From positions 1,426,001-1,490,000 of the forward strand of contig NC_047019.1 in assembly GCF_902652985.1 (NCBI RefSeq): a DNA stretch of 64,000 nucleotides, given 5' to 3'. The DNA comes from Pecten maximus. Taxonomy: Eukaryota. Of the stretch, positions 39,001-47,973 are shown in pieces (the stretch's first letter is position 1; every line of letters begins with the position of its first letter). Position numbers and translations under genes: made by a program. A model generated the notes under the pieces. That model saw nothing but the letters and a program-made list of their open reading frames with translations, was not told the origin of the DNA and did not search any database.

Positions 39001-39770
39001 TAATATTGTCTCATTGTTTAATCTTGTTTTGGTCTCGTTATTTATAACATTGTCTCATTGTTTATATCTCGTTTTGGTCTCGTTATCTATAACATTGTCT
39101 CATTGTTTATATCTCGTTTTGGTCTCGTTATCTATAACATTGTCTCATTGTTTATATCTCGTTTTGGTCTCGTTATCTATAATATTGTCTCGTTCTTTTA
39201 TCTCGTTTTGGTCTAGCTATCTATAATATTGTCTCATTGTTTAATCTCGTTTTAGTCTCGTTATCTATAATATTGTCTCATTGTTTAATCTCGTTTTAGT
39301 CTCGTTATCTATAATATTGTCTCATTGTTTAATCTCGTTTTAGTCTCGTTATCTATAATATTGTCTCATTGTTTAATCTCGTTTTGGTCTCGTTATCTAT
39401 AATATTGTCTCATTGTTTTATCTCGTTTTGGTCTCGTTATCTAATATTGTGGTATATACTTATGTCTCATTGTTTATATCCTGTTTACGTGTCGTTGTCC
39501 AGAGGTAATGTTTGATATTATTGTGTAATGGATTGATAAGATACATAGCTTTTTGACAAAATTGATGAAACCCAGTACATATTTTTTCAAAGCAATAAGA
39601 ATAATGATAAATATGTCATATAGTTATGATAAGTTAAAAGTGTAGTCTGTTACCTTGGACACAGCCAGGTGAGCCGTTCGGATCGCCAGTGTATCCCGGA
39701 TTACACCTACATCTGTTTATCTCCATATCACACCACGAGTTGTCCGGACATTTCTTGTAACAGCTCTCCC
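21008..39770 (-). CDS. Multi-exon tandem EGF-like repeat protein (27 modules, >=~958 aa; Cys/Lys/Tyr/Gly-rich; candidate byssal/adhesive matrix protein). 5' end unresolved
   Basis: AG/GT-bounded phase-1/1 exons, 5' to 3': 39654-39770, 38169-38267, 37417-37521, 36853-36957, 36470-36574, 36080-36184, 35698-35802, 35311-35415, 34563-34667, 33399-33503, 33006-33110, 32525-32629, 32090-32194, 30838-30942, 30162-30266, 29779-29883, 29397-29501, 28959-29063, 28416-28520, 27078-27182, 25765-25869, 24925-25029, 24250-24354, 23587-23697, 23230-23340, 22559-22675, 21754-21858. Putative terminal exon 21008-21018 (ARC-stop) with ATTAAA signals at 20936 and 20901. Module pattern C-x3-C-x5-C-x6-C-x-C-x11-C, e.g. 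VPCDGKCKTNAYCRSSDNKCYCKSGFTGNPYVGCR. Confidence 0.88.
21055..21240. repeat. ~60-bp tandem repeat, 3 copies
   Basis: TAAACCTCC.TAATTTAATTC..CTTTC...CATTCTACATATTTT.CCGTATAACAT repeated. Confidence 0.8.
22050..22120 (-). pseudogene. Truncated EGF exon (pseudo-exon)
   Basis: Intact acceptor and VPCWGKCKANSYCRTTDNKCYCKS, then unrelated sequence with an in-frame stop (NILK*). The last Cys and the donor are missing. Confidence 0.8.
22559..25869 (-). repeat. Array of 6 'PCWG' EGF exons (VPCWGKCKANSYCRTSDNKCYCKSGYSGNPYVGC)
   Basis: 105-117-bp exons with conserved splice sites; three end in a VRR linker. Confidence 0.93.
24618..24840. repeat. 25-bp minisatellite (~9 copies)
   Basis: Unit AACAGTTTCCAGGATCCTGTGTTAT. 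Confidence 0.95.
26135..26590. repeat. 25-bp minisatellite (~18 copies), same family as 24618-24840
   Basis: Unit AACAGTTTCCAGGATCCTGTGTTAT; the flanking exon and intron are duplicated too. Confidence 0.95.
27598..28305 (-). mobile_element. Non-autonomous Helentron-type (HINE/DINE-like) insertion
   Basis: Subterminal inverted repeats ATTCTAACACG (27618-27628) and CGTGTTAGAAT (28295-28305), a short hairpin at 28275-28301, a perfect 16-bp palindrome GGGATAGTACTATCCC (27601-27616) and no obvious TSD. The empty site GTGTATT/ATATAATGTATATG is visible in a sister intron at 30721. Confidence 0.75.
31039..31938 (+). mobile_element. 5'-truncated Crypton-like non-autonomous element (copy 1) carrying a nested insertion
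   Basis: Homologous to ~34066-34408, with the same downstream intron flank. Its terminal hairpin is split by the 31283-31838 insertion. Confidence 0.65.
31283..31838 (+). mobile_element. Nested Crypton-like non-autonomous element
   Basis: Flanked by direct repeat ATATTGT (31276-31282 and 31832-31838). Mini-ORF 31510-31605 MTSRFEYINDDELLNLIENRDSANTRNIIKGS resembles the N-terminus of Crypton/DUF3504 recombinases. ~120-bp hairpin at 31689-31812. Confidence 0.65.
33700..34408 (+). mobile_element. Crypton-like non-autonomous element (copy 2)
   Basis: Frameshifted remnant from ATG 33971 (MSKLAPVLEQD..NKESKTSKDLLEK..RLFLGEENAFEEFSKDVLNDNLRQVFAKVR) resembles the Crypton recombinase N-terminus. ~135-bp terminal hairpin at 34271-34407 with a GGCTTCGCC apex. 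Confidence 0.65.
38760..39450. repeat. 44-45-bp tandem repeat, ~15 copies (intronic)
   Basis: Unit GGTCTCGTTATCTATAATATTGTCTCATTGTTTATATCTCGTTTT. Confidence 0.96.
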
Positions 39771-40589
39771 CTTCAGGAAAATTAAAATGTATGGTGGAAA
39801 TTTGATGTTATGACACAAAAAAAAGTTTTACACTTTTCTCCACGTTCGACTATGACTTTTTAAATATTTACAAAATACGTACATGCTACAGGGTTTTGTG
39901 TTCAAAGAAACATATGAAATACGTACAAGCTACTGTTTTGTTTTTTGTTGTTGTTTTTATTTTTGTGCGCGCGCGCGCGTGTGTGTGTGTGTGTTCCAAG
40001 AAATCATTTGAAAAATAAGTACATGCTTCAGTGTTTGTATTACAAAGAAAACCTTTGTGAAATACGTACATGCTAGAGTTTTTTGTGTTCCAAGGAAAAG
40101 AGAAAAAGCGACGAACACAGATAAATACAGCATCCTGACCCGTTCCAACTCCTGACGAATAGTAAGGGGCTATCCTAGGCGTTTGGCGCAACTTTTCTCC
40201 AAATGACAAAGGACTGGTCAAAACTTCAAAGAAGGATTTTTTAAAAGAAGGTAGATGATGTCACCTTCATCAATCCCTCCAGGACTTCCCCTTTGTACTG
40301 TAAGGGGTTTCGTGTTTGAGATCATATTTATAGTAAACGGATACCACGCACTCAAATTACACATATATATAACCACCTGTCTCCCAAGGAGCTACTCTGC
40401 ACGGTAGATCAACAACAAATAAAACATTCATAAATAAGGCATTTGAAAGAATGAAAAGCGTGTACCTGTTCTTCTGTGAAGGTGGTTGAAAGGCGGAAAC
40501 AAATTATCGATGCATAGAAAGTAAAGCAAGCGTTATAATTGAGGATAAGAACTGCGTATGGTAGAACACCTGTTGTGATGTATATTTAA

Positions 40590-40630
40590 TCCTCTGATCA
40601 TACGACATGGTGTACAACATGCTTTATAAT
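40590..40630 (-). promoter_or_regulatory. Candidate TATA box/TSS of the EGF-repeat gene
   Basis: TATAAAG on the minus strand at 40622-40628 with an Inr-like ATCAG ~25-30 nt downstream. Several small AG/GT-bounded segments follow (e.g. 40265-40297). Confidence 0.3.
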
Positions 40631-41382
40631 GTACTTAGGAATCAAAAGTAGGGTAAGTCAAAAAGCATATGTTATAAAAAACACAGAAAATGTTGGTGGA
40701 ATACTCGCGCTTTGACCGAAAAGTGTCAAATATGACAAACGTTTATAGAGAACATCTACATAAATTTTATGGACGGACCAAAAACTGATGCAGGTTATAC
40801 GTAATAGTATTCCTCAAACCCCTTTATGGCAGAGTTATAAGCATATGCGCTTCTTTTCATTTCCGATTTCTACTAATAATTACAACACCTGTAGTATGAC
40901 AGAGTGTTATTCTATATCGCTGTGTTATTGGGTTTTACTATATTTGTTAGCTTGGACCTAGACAATGTTATTTTCCTGTAAGATTCCTTTATAGCTCACG
41001 AGGTATCAAACATAAACGGAGGACGTACCGGGATACTTAACATAGAAAACAACAGGTAAATTATCAACTAGGAACCAGGAACATTCATTAACAGAATCTT
41101 GATGTATTATTTTCTAGTGAGTTTCCTAAGCAGCTACTTTAATCAGCGATAGAACGTTGTAAGTACCTTAGAGCCTAATCCGGTAAGAATGGGTCATCAA
41201 CATAGTAACAACTTCAAATAAATATACAATGGTGATAAAATCCATGTACATACGCCACATGTTGTGGAAAGCTGGTGGGAGTGAAGTTTTACATCTTTGG
41301 TAAAATAATCCATGAGATAGACAATAAAACAGTAACGGAAATTGAGTGTCTAGTTTAAAGAGATAAACTTCATGTTTAGATT

Positions 41383-41530
41383 AAGTTTACATTGGGTCTA
41401 ATGGAATTAACATTGAGTTTACTGGAATTTACATTGAGTTTACTGGAATATACATTGAGTTTACTGGAATTTACATTAAGTTTCCTAAAATTTACATTGA
41501 GTTTCCTGGAATTTACATTGAGTTTACTGG
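41383..41530. repeat. 21-bp tandem repeat, ~7 copies
   Basis: Unit TTTACATTGAGTTTACTGGAA. Confidence 0.9.
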
Positions 41531-42229
41531 ACATTATAGGGAGTGTACCGAAATTTACAGCGAGTTTGCTGGCATTTTACTTTGGGTTTACTGAAATAGA
41601 AATTGAGTTTACGAGAATTTTGTGTGGTTTACTTTATTCCAAAATCTCACGTTTACTTGGAGTTTAAGAGGTCAACAAAACATCATTAAATGGCGGAGTT
41701 TACCAATATCGAAAACGGCTACAAAACTAGACTTAAACTTTAAGTTTAGGGGAATCTAATTTGGAATAAAACCCTATTAAACGACTGGTTTGATAAAGTT
41801 TAGTTCAGGTTTCGTTCCTAATTAAACTCACTATTCCATGCAGTGCCATAACTTTCACCTTGTTTTTGTAGAAAAGATCAGTTCCCAGTGTTGTATGACA
41901 ACTAGTAGTACATTTTAATGCTACCCTAATGTCGTCTCCAAGGAGACCGATATTATATGTTATACTAATTTGTGTAGTCCGAGTGTCCTCCGGCCCAGAC
42001 GCCAGACTTGGATTTCTTGAGAGATAGATTTCTGGTGTAGGGTTAGGATATCAGTGGAAACTCAAACCAACTTATGTCATGTGTAGATGGTTGCTATGAC
42101 ATCAATGTATTTTTTTTTTAGATTAACACATTTGATAGTAATAAGGGGTGTCCCGCTAGCCTGTTACGGCCCGTATTAAAGTATTATTATTCTACACAGA
42201 ATTTTTTGTGGTTACAGCTGTTCATATAT

Positions 42230-43792
42230 AGTGACACCCAGTTCATCAAATTGTTGAATTTGAACGAAGTTTACTTCGATAAAGAGGAAGTCGATAAAGA
42301 ACATTCTTTGCTAGATAATTTCAAGGATATTTTTGCTACATGTGATCTAGATTTAGGTCATTGCACAGATAATTGGACAATGCCACCATTAACTTAACTA
42401 CAAGGGAGACAAGGGAAACTGATTCAAATGAATCATCCTGAGAGAGTTTGAGTGACTGTGGAGTCTTGTGTTTTCTTCACTACAGCTCCGACTGCCACAT
42501 CTAGCACCGCAGTAATTGTTGACGTCACCGAATCCACTGATGACGATCAGGATGAGATGCGGGAGCTGGAGATGATAGAAATATTGGTAAAGACCGAGCA
42601 TCGTCGGAGAAGTATTTTGTTTTTCATATGATGATCCGGACCACCATGTGATCATGGTGCAGAGGCATCCGTACCTGGTGCAAATATTGAGGACCAGGAA
42701 AACAGTTCCTGTATCGAGGAGAACAACCAGGATAAAGGAAAAGCCTCGGTGGCAGACTTCTGGTCAGTTTGTGATTGGGTAGGCTTCTGGTCAGTTTGTG
42801 ATGGGGCAGACTTCTGGCCAGTTTGTGATGGGGCAGACTTCTGGTCAGTTTGTGATGGGGCAGACTTCTGGTCAGTTTGTGATGGGGACAGACTTCTGGT
42901 CAGTTTGTGATGGGGCAGACTTCTGGTCAGTTTGTGATGGGGCAGACTTCTGGTCCAGTTTGTGATGGGGGCAGACTTCTGGTACAGTTTGTGATGGGGC
43001 AGACTTCTGGTCAGTTTGTGATGGGGCAGACTTCTGGTCAGTTTGTGATGGGCAGACTTCTGGCCAGTTTGTGATGGGGCAGACTTCTGGTCAGTTTGTG
43101 ATGGGGCAGACTTCTGACCAGTTTGTGATGGGGCAGACTTCTGGTCAGTTTGTGATGGGGCAGACTTCTGGTCAGTTTGTGATGGGGCAGACTTCTGGTC
43201 AGTTTGTGATGGGGCAGACTTCTGACCAGTTTGTGATGGGGCAGACTTCTGACCAGTTTGTGATGGGGCAGACTTCTGGTCAGTTTGTGATGGGGCAGAC
43301 TTCTGGTCAGTTTGTGATGGGGCAGACTTCTGGTCAGTTTGTGATGGGGCAGACTTCTGGTCAGTTTGTGATGGGGCAGACTTCTGACCAGTTTGTGATT
43401 GGGCAGACTTCTGGTCAGTTTGTGATGGGACAGACTTCTGGTCAGTTTGTGATGGGGCAGACTTCTGGCCAGATTGTGATGGGGCAGACTTCTGGCCAGT
43501 TTGTGATGGGACAGACTTCTGGTCAGTTTGTGATGGGGCAGACTTCTGGTCAGTTTGTGATGGGGCAGACTTCTGGCCAGATTGTGATTGGGTAGACTTC
43601 TGGTCAGTTTATGATGGGGCAGACTTCTGGTCAGTTTGTGATTCAGTTAGGGACAGCCCAAGAAAATTAACCAGATTGGCATGGACAAGCTCAGTACATA
43701 ACACAGTTATTTCACAACGGTGCATTTAGCAATATGCCAAAATGTGCGAAGACAGCTGTGCTAGCTGTGGTCTTAGGGGTGGGGGAGTGTGT
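42230..43792 (+). mobile_element. Heavily deleted Gypsy LTR-retrotransposon remnant
   Basis: LLDNFKDIFATCDLDLGH (protease-RT linker motif) at ~42307-42362, an acidic low-complexity tail, and a PPT-like AGGGGTGGGGGAG followed by TG at ~43775-43790. Confidence 0.45.
42750..43642. repeat. 27-bp tandem repeat, ~33 copies
   Basis: Unit GGGCAGACTTCTGGTCAGTTTGTGATG; it produces the MGQTSGQFV ORF. Confidence 0.97.
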
Positions 43793-44005
43793 GGGTAGTT
43801 TGACATAGAGCGCATCGGAAGATCAACTTTTACAATGTCTAATTTTATTCTATGCACCAAAAGACAACTAAAATCCTATTCTTAAAAAGTGGTCCTCCGA
43901 TGCGCTAGTATAGAAAAATTGAAAAAACGTAGTTGATAAAACATTTTAATTTTAGCATTAACTAGACTGACTCTTAATGATAACATAAACTTCACATTTC
44001 TGTCA

Positions 44006-44070
44006 GTCCGCATAGCTCATATGGTAGAACGATCGATTATCAACCCGAAGGTTTGGAGTTCGAATCACTA
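44006..44070 (+). other. Degenerate tRNA-derived sequence (SINE head/pseudo-tRNA)
   Basis: A-box-like TAGCTCATATGGTAGA and B-box GAGTTCGAATC; no complete acceptor stem. Confidence 0.5.
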
Positions 44071-44749
44071 AGATGTATCTTATTAATATTTTGTTATGTT
44101 TCTAAAAATGATACCTTTTAATTTTTCTTGGTCATATTTTCAACATTAAATGCATATTTAATATGAGGTATTTAGTATAAAGATGGAAATGTTGAGATAG
44201 AAAATTTTCACTTGGATAAAAAAAAAGAGTGAAATCATAACCTATTTACTCCGTATCATTCAAAGTAAAATCTAAATGAACTGCAGCGTCGACAACAGGC
44301 ATACATGGTATAAAATTCCTATTTAACATGTCAATTTAACTTTATTCCATATGCATGATATGGTATTGATTGACTACATAATCCGTTTACAACACCCAGC
44401 GCGCCAATAGACCGTGGCGATCTAGTTTGGTACTGTGGGTATCACTGGGGTCACGTGATATTTTACCTGTATTTTTAGCCTAAACTATCACTGTACGTGG
44501 CCTAGGTCAGGATAGGTATCTCAGAAACGATTTCTGATTGGAAAATCATACGAGTTACTTCCCTTGCATCATCTTATTTTATGCTAGCATTTTTAATTTC
44601 ACACCAAGATATCATGCTAGAAGTTTTCGTTAGTTACATTATATTTCACACCAAGATATCATACTAGAAGTTTTCGTTAGTCACATTCATACTCTTGCTC
44701 CGCTTTGTGCCTATTCTACATTCATCACCACTGAGACGGGGTGTATTGC

Positions 44750-44852
44750 ACGTCACTGGAATTCCATGAACGGAAGTTCTTTTAGTTTCATTTTCTGATT
44801 CATGTATGTAGTGACATGTTGAGTGACAACAGAGAAACGTTTTGCTGCTAAG
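44750..44852 (+). promoter_or_regulatory. Putative promoter/first non-coding exon of the RdRP gene with ISRE, ETS and kB-like motifs
   Basis: TGGAATTCCA (44757-44766), CGGAAGT (44771-44777), AGTTTCATTTTC (44784-44795), then a strong donor AAG/GTAAGG at 44852. A matching acceptor lies at 47874. Confidence 0.5.
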
Positions 44853-45738
44853 GTAAGGATTTCTTTATCCAGTTATGATATGATTGATGTATTTGATAGA
44901 TAAAATACAGTGTATACACTTTGTATATGTCATCCTTTGTTTATCGCCATCGGCACCATTTTAAGAACTGATTGGAACTGGCTTGTCATCAAACAGAGGA
45001 AACATTTGCCCATATAATAATTATTCATTTTATTTCAAACTTTCCGATATTGAGGCGTTACAAACCGTGAAGTGAAGTGTTCTTTTCCGATATAAAGATG
45101 TAACTGTCTGTTAATCCTACCGGAAACAAGCTCATGATCAATGAACTGTTAAGTAAAGGCGAACTTATTCATTCACAACCATTCATCGACTATACACCAA
45201 CATCGTCAGCTGAGTTATGGCCCTTTGTATTTTTTTTTACTATTTGACATTGTCAACACGATCACTTAAATTTATAAATATAAATGGATTTAATTGAAAC
45301 GTGGTATACAACCTTATATCAATAAGATCTCGGAGGAGTTCAACATTCGGGTCGCTTTAGCAATAACTGACGGAGATATGACCCTTTGTATTCCTATTTA
45401 CTATTAGACATTGTGAACACGAAGCCTTAAGTAGATGTTGCCGGATTTTCATGAAACTTTGTCTGCAGCATTTTGTCAATTAGATTTTGATAGGGTTGGC
45501 AAATGGTACTGATTTTAACATACGCAGTTTTGGCCCTTTTTCAGTTTTATTACCAGTGTGAGCTTGACTAAGAATAAGATCTAGCACGAGTTTCCTCATC
45601 GGAACCGATTTGATCATAATAGCTAGGGCCTTTGACAGCTTATGTCTAGAATAATGATATTGAGCTAGTAGCATGCTGGGATGAATGACTACAAAGTTTA
45701 TTCAAATAAATTCGCGTTTTCATTTCCTAATGTGTGCG

Positions 45739-47120
45739 CATTAAGTTCCCTGTGTGATGGCCATGTTGTAAACAAACTAAGAATGGTGGATCATTAAGTT
45801 CCCTGTGTGATGGACATGTTGTAAACAAACTAAGAATGGTCGATCATTAAGTTCCCTGTGTGATGGACATGTTGTAAACAAACTAAGAATGGTGGATCAT
45901 TAAGTTCCTGTGTGATGGACATGTTGTAAGCTAACTAAGAATAATCGGTCATTGAGTTACCTGTGTGATGGACATGTTGTAAACAAACTAAGAATGGTCA
46001 GTCATTCAGTTCCCTGTGTGATGGACATGTTGTAAACAAACTAAGAATGGTGGATCATTAAGTTCCTGTGTGATGGACATGTTGTAAACTAACTAAGAAT
46101 GGTCGATCATTAAGTTCCTGTGTGATGGACATGTTTAAGCTAACTAAGAATGGTCAGTCATTAAGTTCCCTGTGTGATGGACATGTTGTAAGCTAACTCA
46201 GAATGGTCAGTCATTAAGTTCCCTGTGTGATGTCCGTGTTGTAAGTAAATGACCGTCATTAACATGACCACAAAACATTACATAGTTGCTATGGCCGTAT
46301 GAATACAAATTAAAGATCTTCAAATCTTATGAGGTGTATTACAACAGTAGTCACGCTCAGTAGGCAGACCTACTCATTCACCACAACTAAGAACTTCACT
46401 ATATGTACCACTGTACGTATGGTAATGTGTGTATTTAACTACGTTGAGGTCATCTTGTTCACCTGTGTTATGATTATATTAAACAAACTAAAATCTATTA
46501 AGTTCCCTGTTTACTGTGTCACAATAAAAATGGACTTTAAATGTCTGTTGTATTTTATCTGCTCATTTCGTGTGTGATGGACATGTTGTAAACAAACTAA
46601 GAATGGTGGATCATTAAGTTCCCTGTGTGATGGACATGTTGTAAACAAACTAAGAATGGTCGATCATTAAGTTCCCTGTGTGATGGACATGTTGTAAACA
46701 AACTAAGAATGGTGGATCATTAAGTTCCTGTGTGATGGACATGTTGTAAACAAACTAAGAATGGTCGATCATTAAGTTCCCTGTGTGATGGACATGTTGT
46801 AAACAAACTAAGAATGGTGGATCATTAAGTTCCTGTGTGATGGACATGTTGTAAACAAACTAAGAATAATCGGTCATTGAGTTACCTGTGTGATGGACAT
46901 GTTGTAAACAAACTAAAAATGGTCAGTCATTAAGTTCCCTGTGTGATGGACATGTTGTAAACAAACTAAGAATGGTCGATCATTAAGTTGCCTGTGTGAT
47001 GGACATGTTGTAAACAAACTAAAAATGGTCAGTCATTAAGTTCCCTGTGTGATGGACATGTTGTAAACAAACTCAGAATGGTCGATCATTAAGTTCCCTG
47101 TGTGATATCCGTGTTGTAAG
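45739..47120. repeat. 53-bp tandem repeat in two blocks (45739-46245 and 46570-47120)
   Basis: Unit CATTAAGTTCCCTGTGTGATGGACATGTTGTAAACAAACTAAGAATGGTGGAT. Confidence 0.96.
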
Positions 47121-47973
47121 ATCAGAATGACCGGTCATTAACCAGGTGACACACCAAAACATTAGCATAGAATTGCATTGGCCGTAATGAATACAAAATT
47201 TAAAAGATCTTTAAAATCTTTATGTAGGTGTATTACAAGCAGGTAGTCAACGCTTCAGTAGGCAGACCTACTCATTCACCACCAATAAAACTTCGACTAT
47301 ATGTACACACCAGTAACGGTATGTGTATGTGTGTATTTAACTACGCTTGAGGTAGTCTTTGTTCACGTCACAAGTTTATGATTATATAAAGTCCAAACTC
47401 TATATCTAAGATTTACATAATGTTTACTGTGAATCACATTATAAAAATGAGACTTTTAAATGTCAAGTTGTTTTATTTTATCTGCTCATTTAGGTGTGAG
47501 GTGAAAATTTAATTGTTTTGGGAGGTGGGAGGCTGCGGGCATTAAAATACGAAGATTATTCGGGTCAGATCCAATGGAAGCGAGAGTGGAATTAGTGACT
47601 TTTTGCTGCACTTCTGCACAATCGCCTATGCTTCGCAGTTTGATTGTTTTTTTTAAATGTTCCTTTGTCAACAGATTTGCATGTATTGTTTATCAGACAA
47701 GAGCACAAAACGCTGCTGAAAATCGAATACAACAACTGAAGCTTTATCAAAAATTATATATTGGAATACCGAAAACAGACACTTCCCCTTAAACAATGAC
47801 CCATTGCCAATCGTCGTCAGATTTCTGTCGTTATTGATTTGTTATCGATAATATGTTTTATTTCCCTTTGACAGATGCTATTGTGATAAAATGGGAGTTA
47901 CTGTTAGACCCTATGACCAAGAATACTGTTATTTACTGTTGACACCAGTGGAGATAAATTAGTGGGGCCAATT

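Noticed and set aside
38746-39226. Hydrophobic repetitive ORFs (LVLVSLSIILSHCLY)
   Set aside because: Translation of an intronic 45-bp satellite with frameshifting 44-bp variants.
43071-43595. 174-aa ORF of MGQTSGQFV repeats
   Set aside because: By-product of a 27-bp minisatellite; upstream copies are frameshifted and there is no start or splice context.
44006-44070. Functional tRNA gene
   Set aside because: Only A/B boxes are recognisable; the cloverleaf stems do not close. The same applies to 59532-59597.
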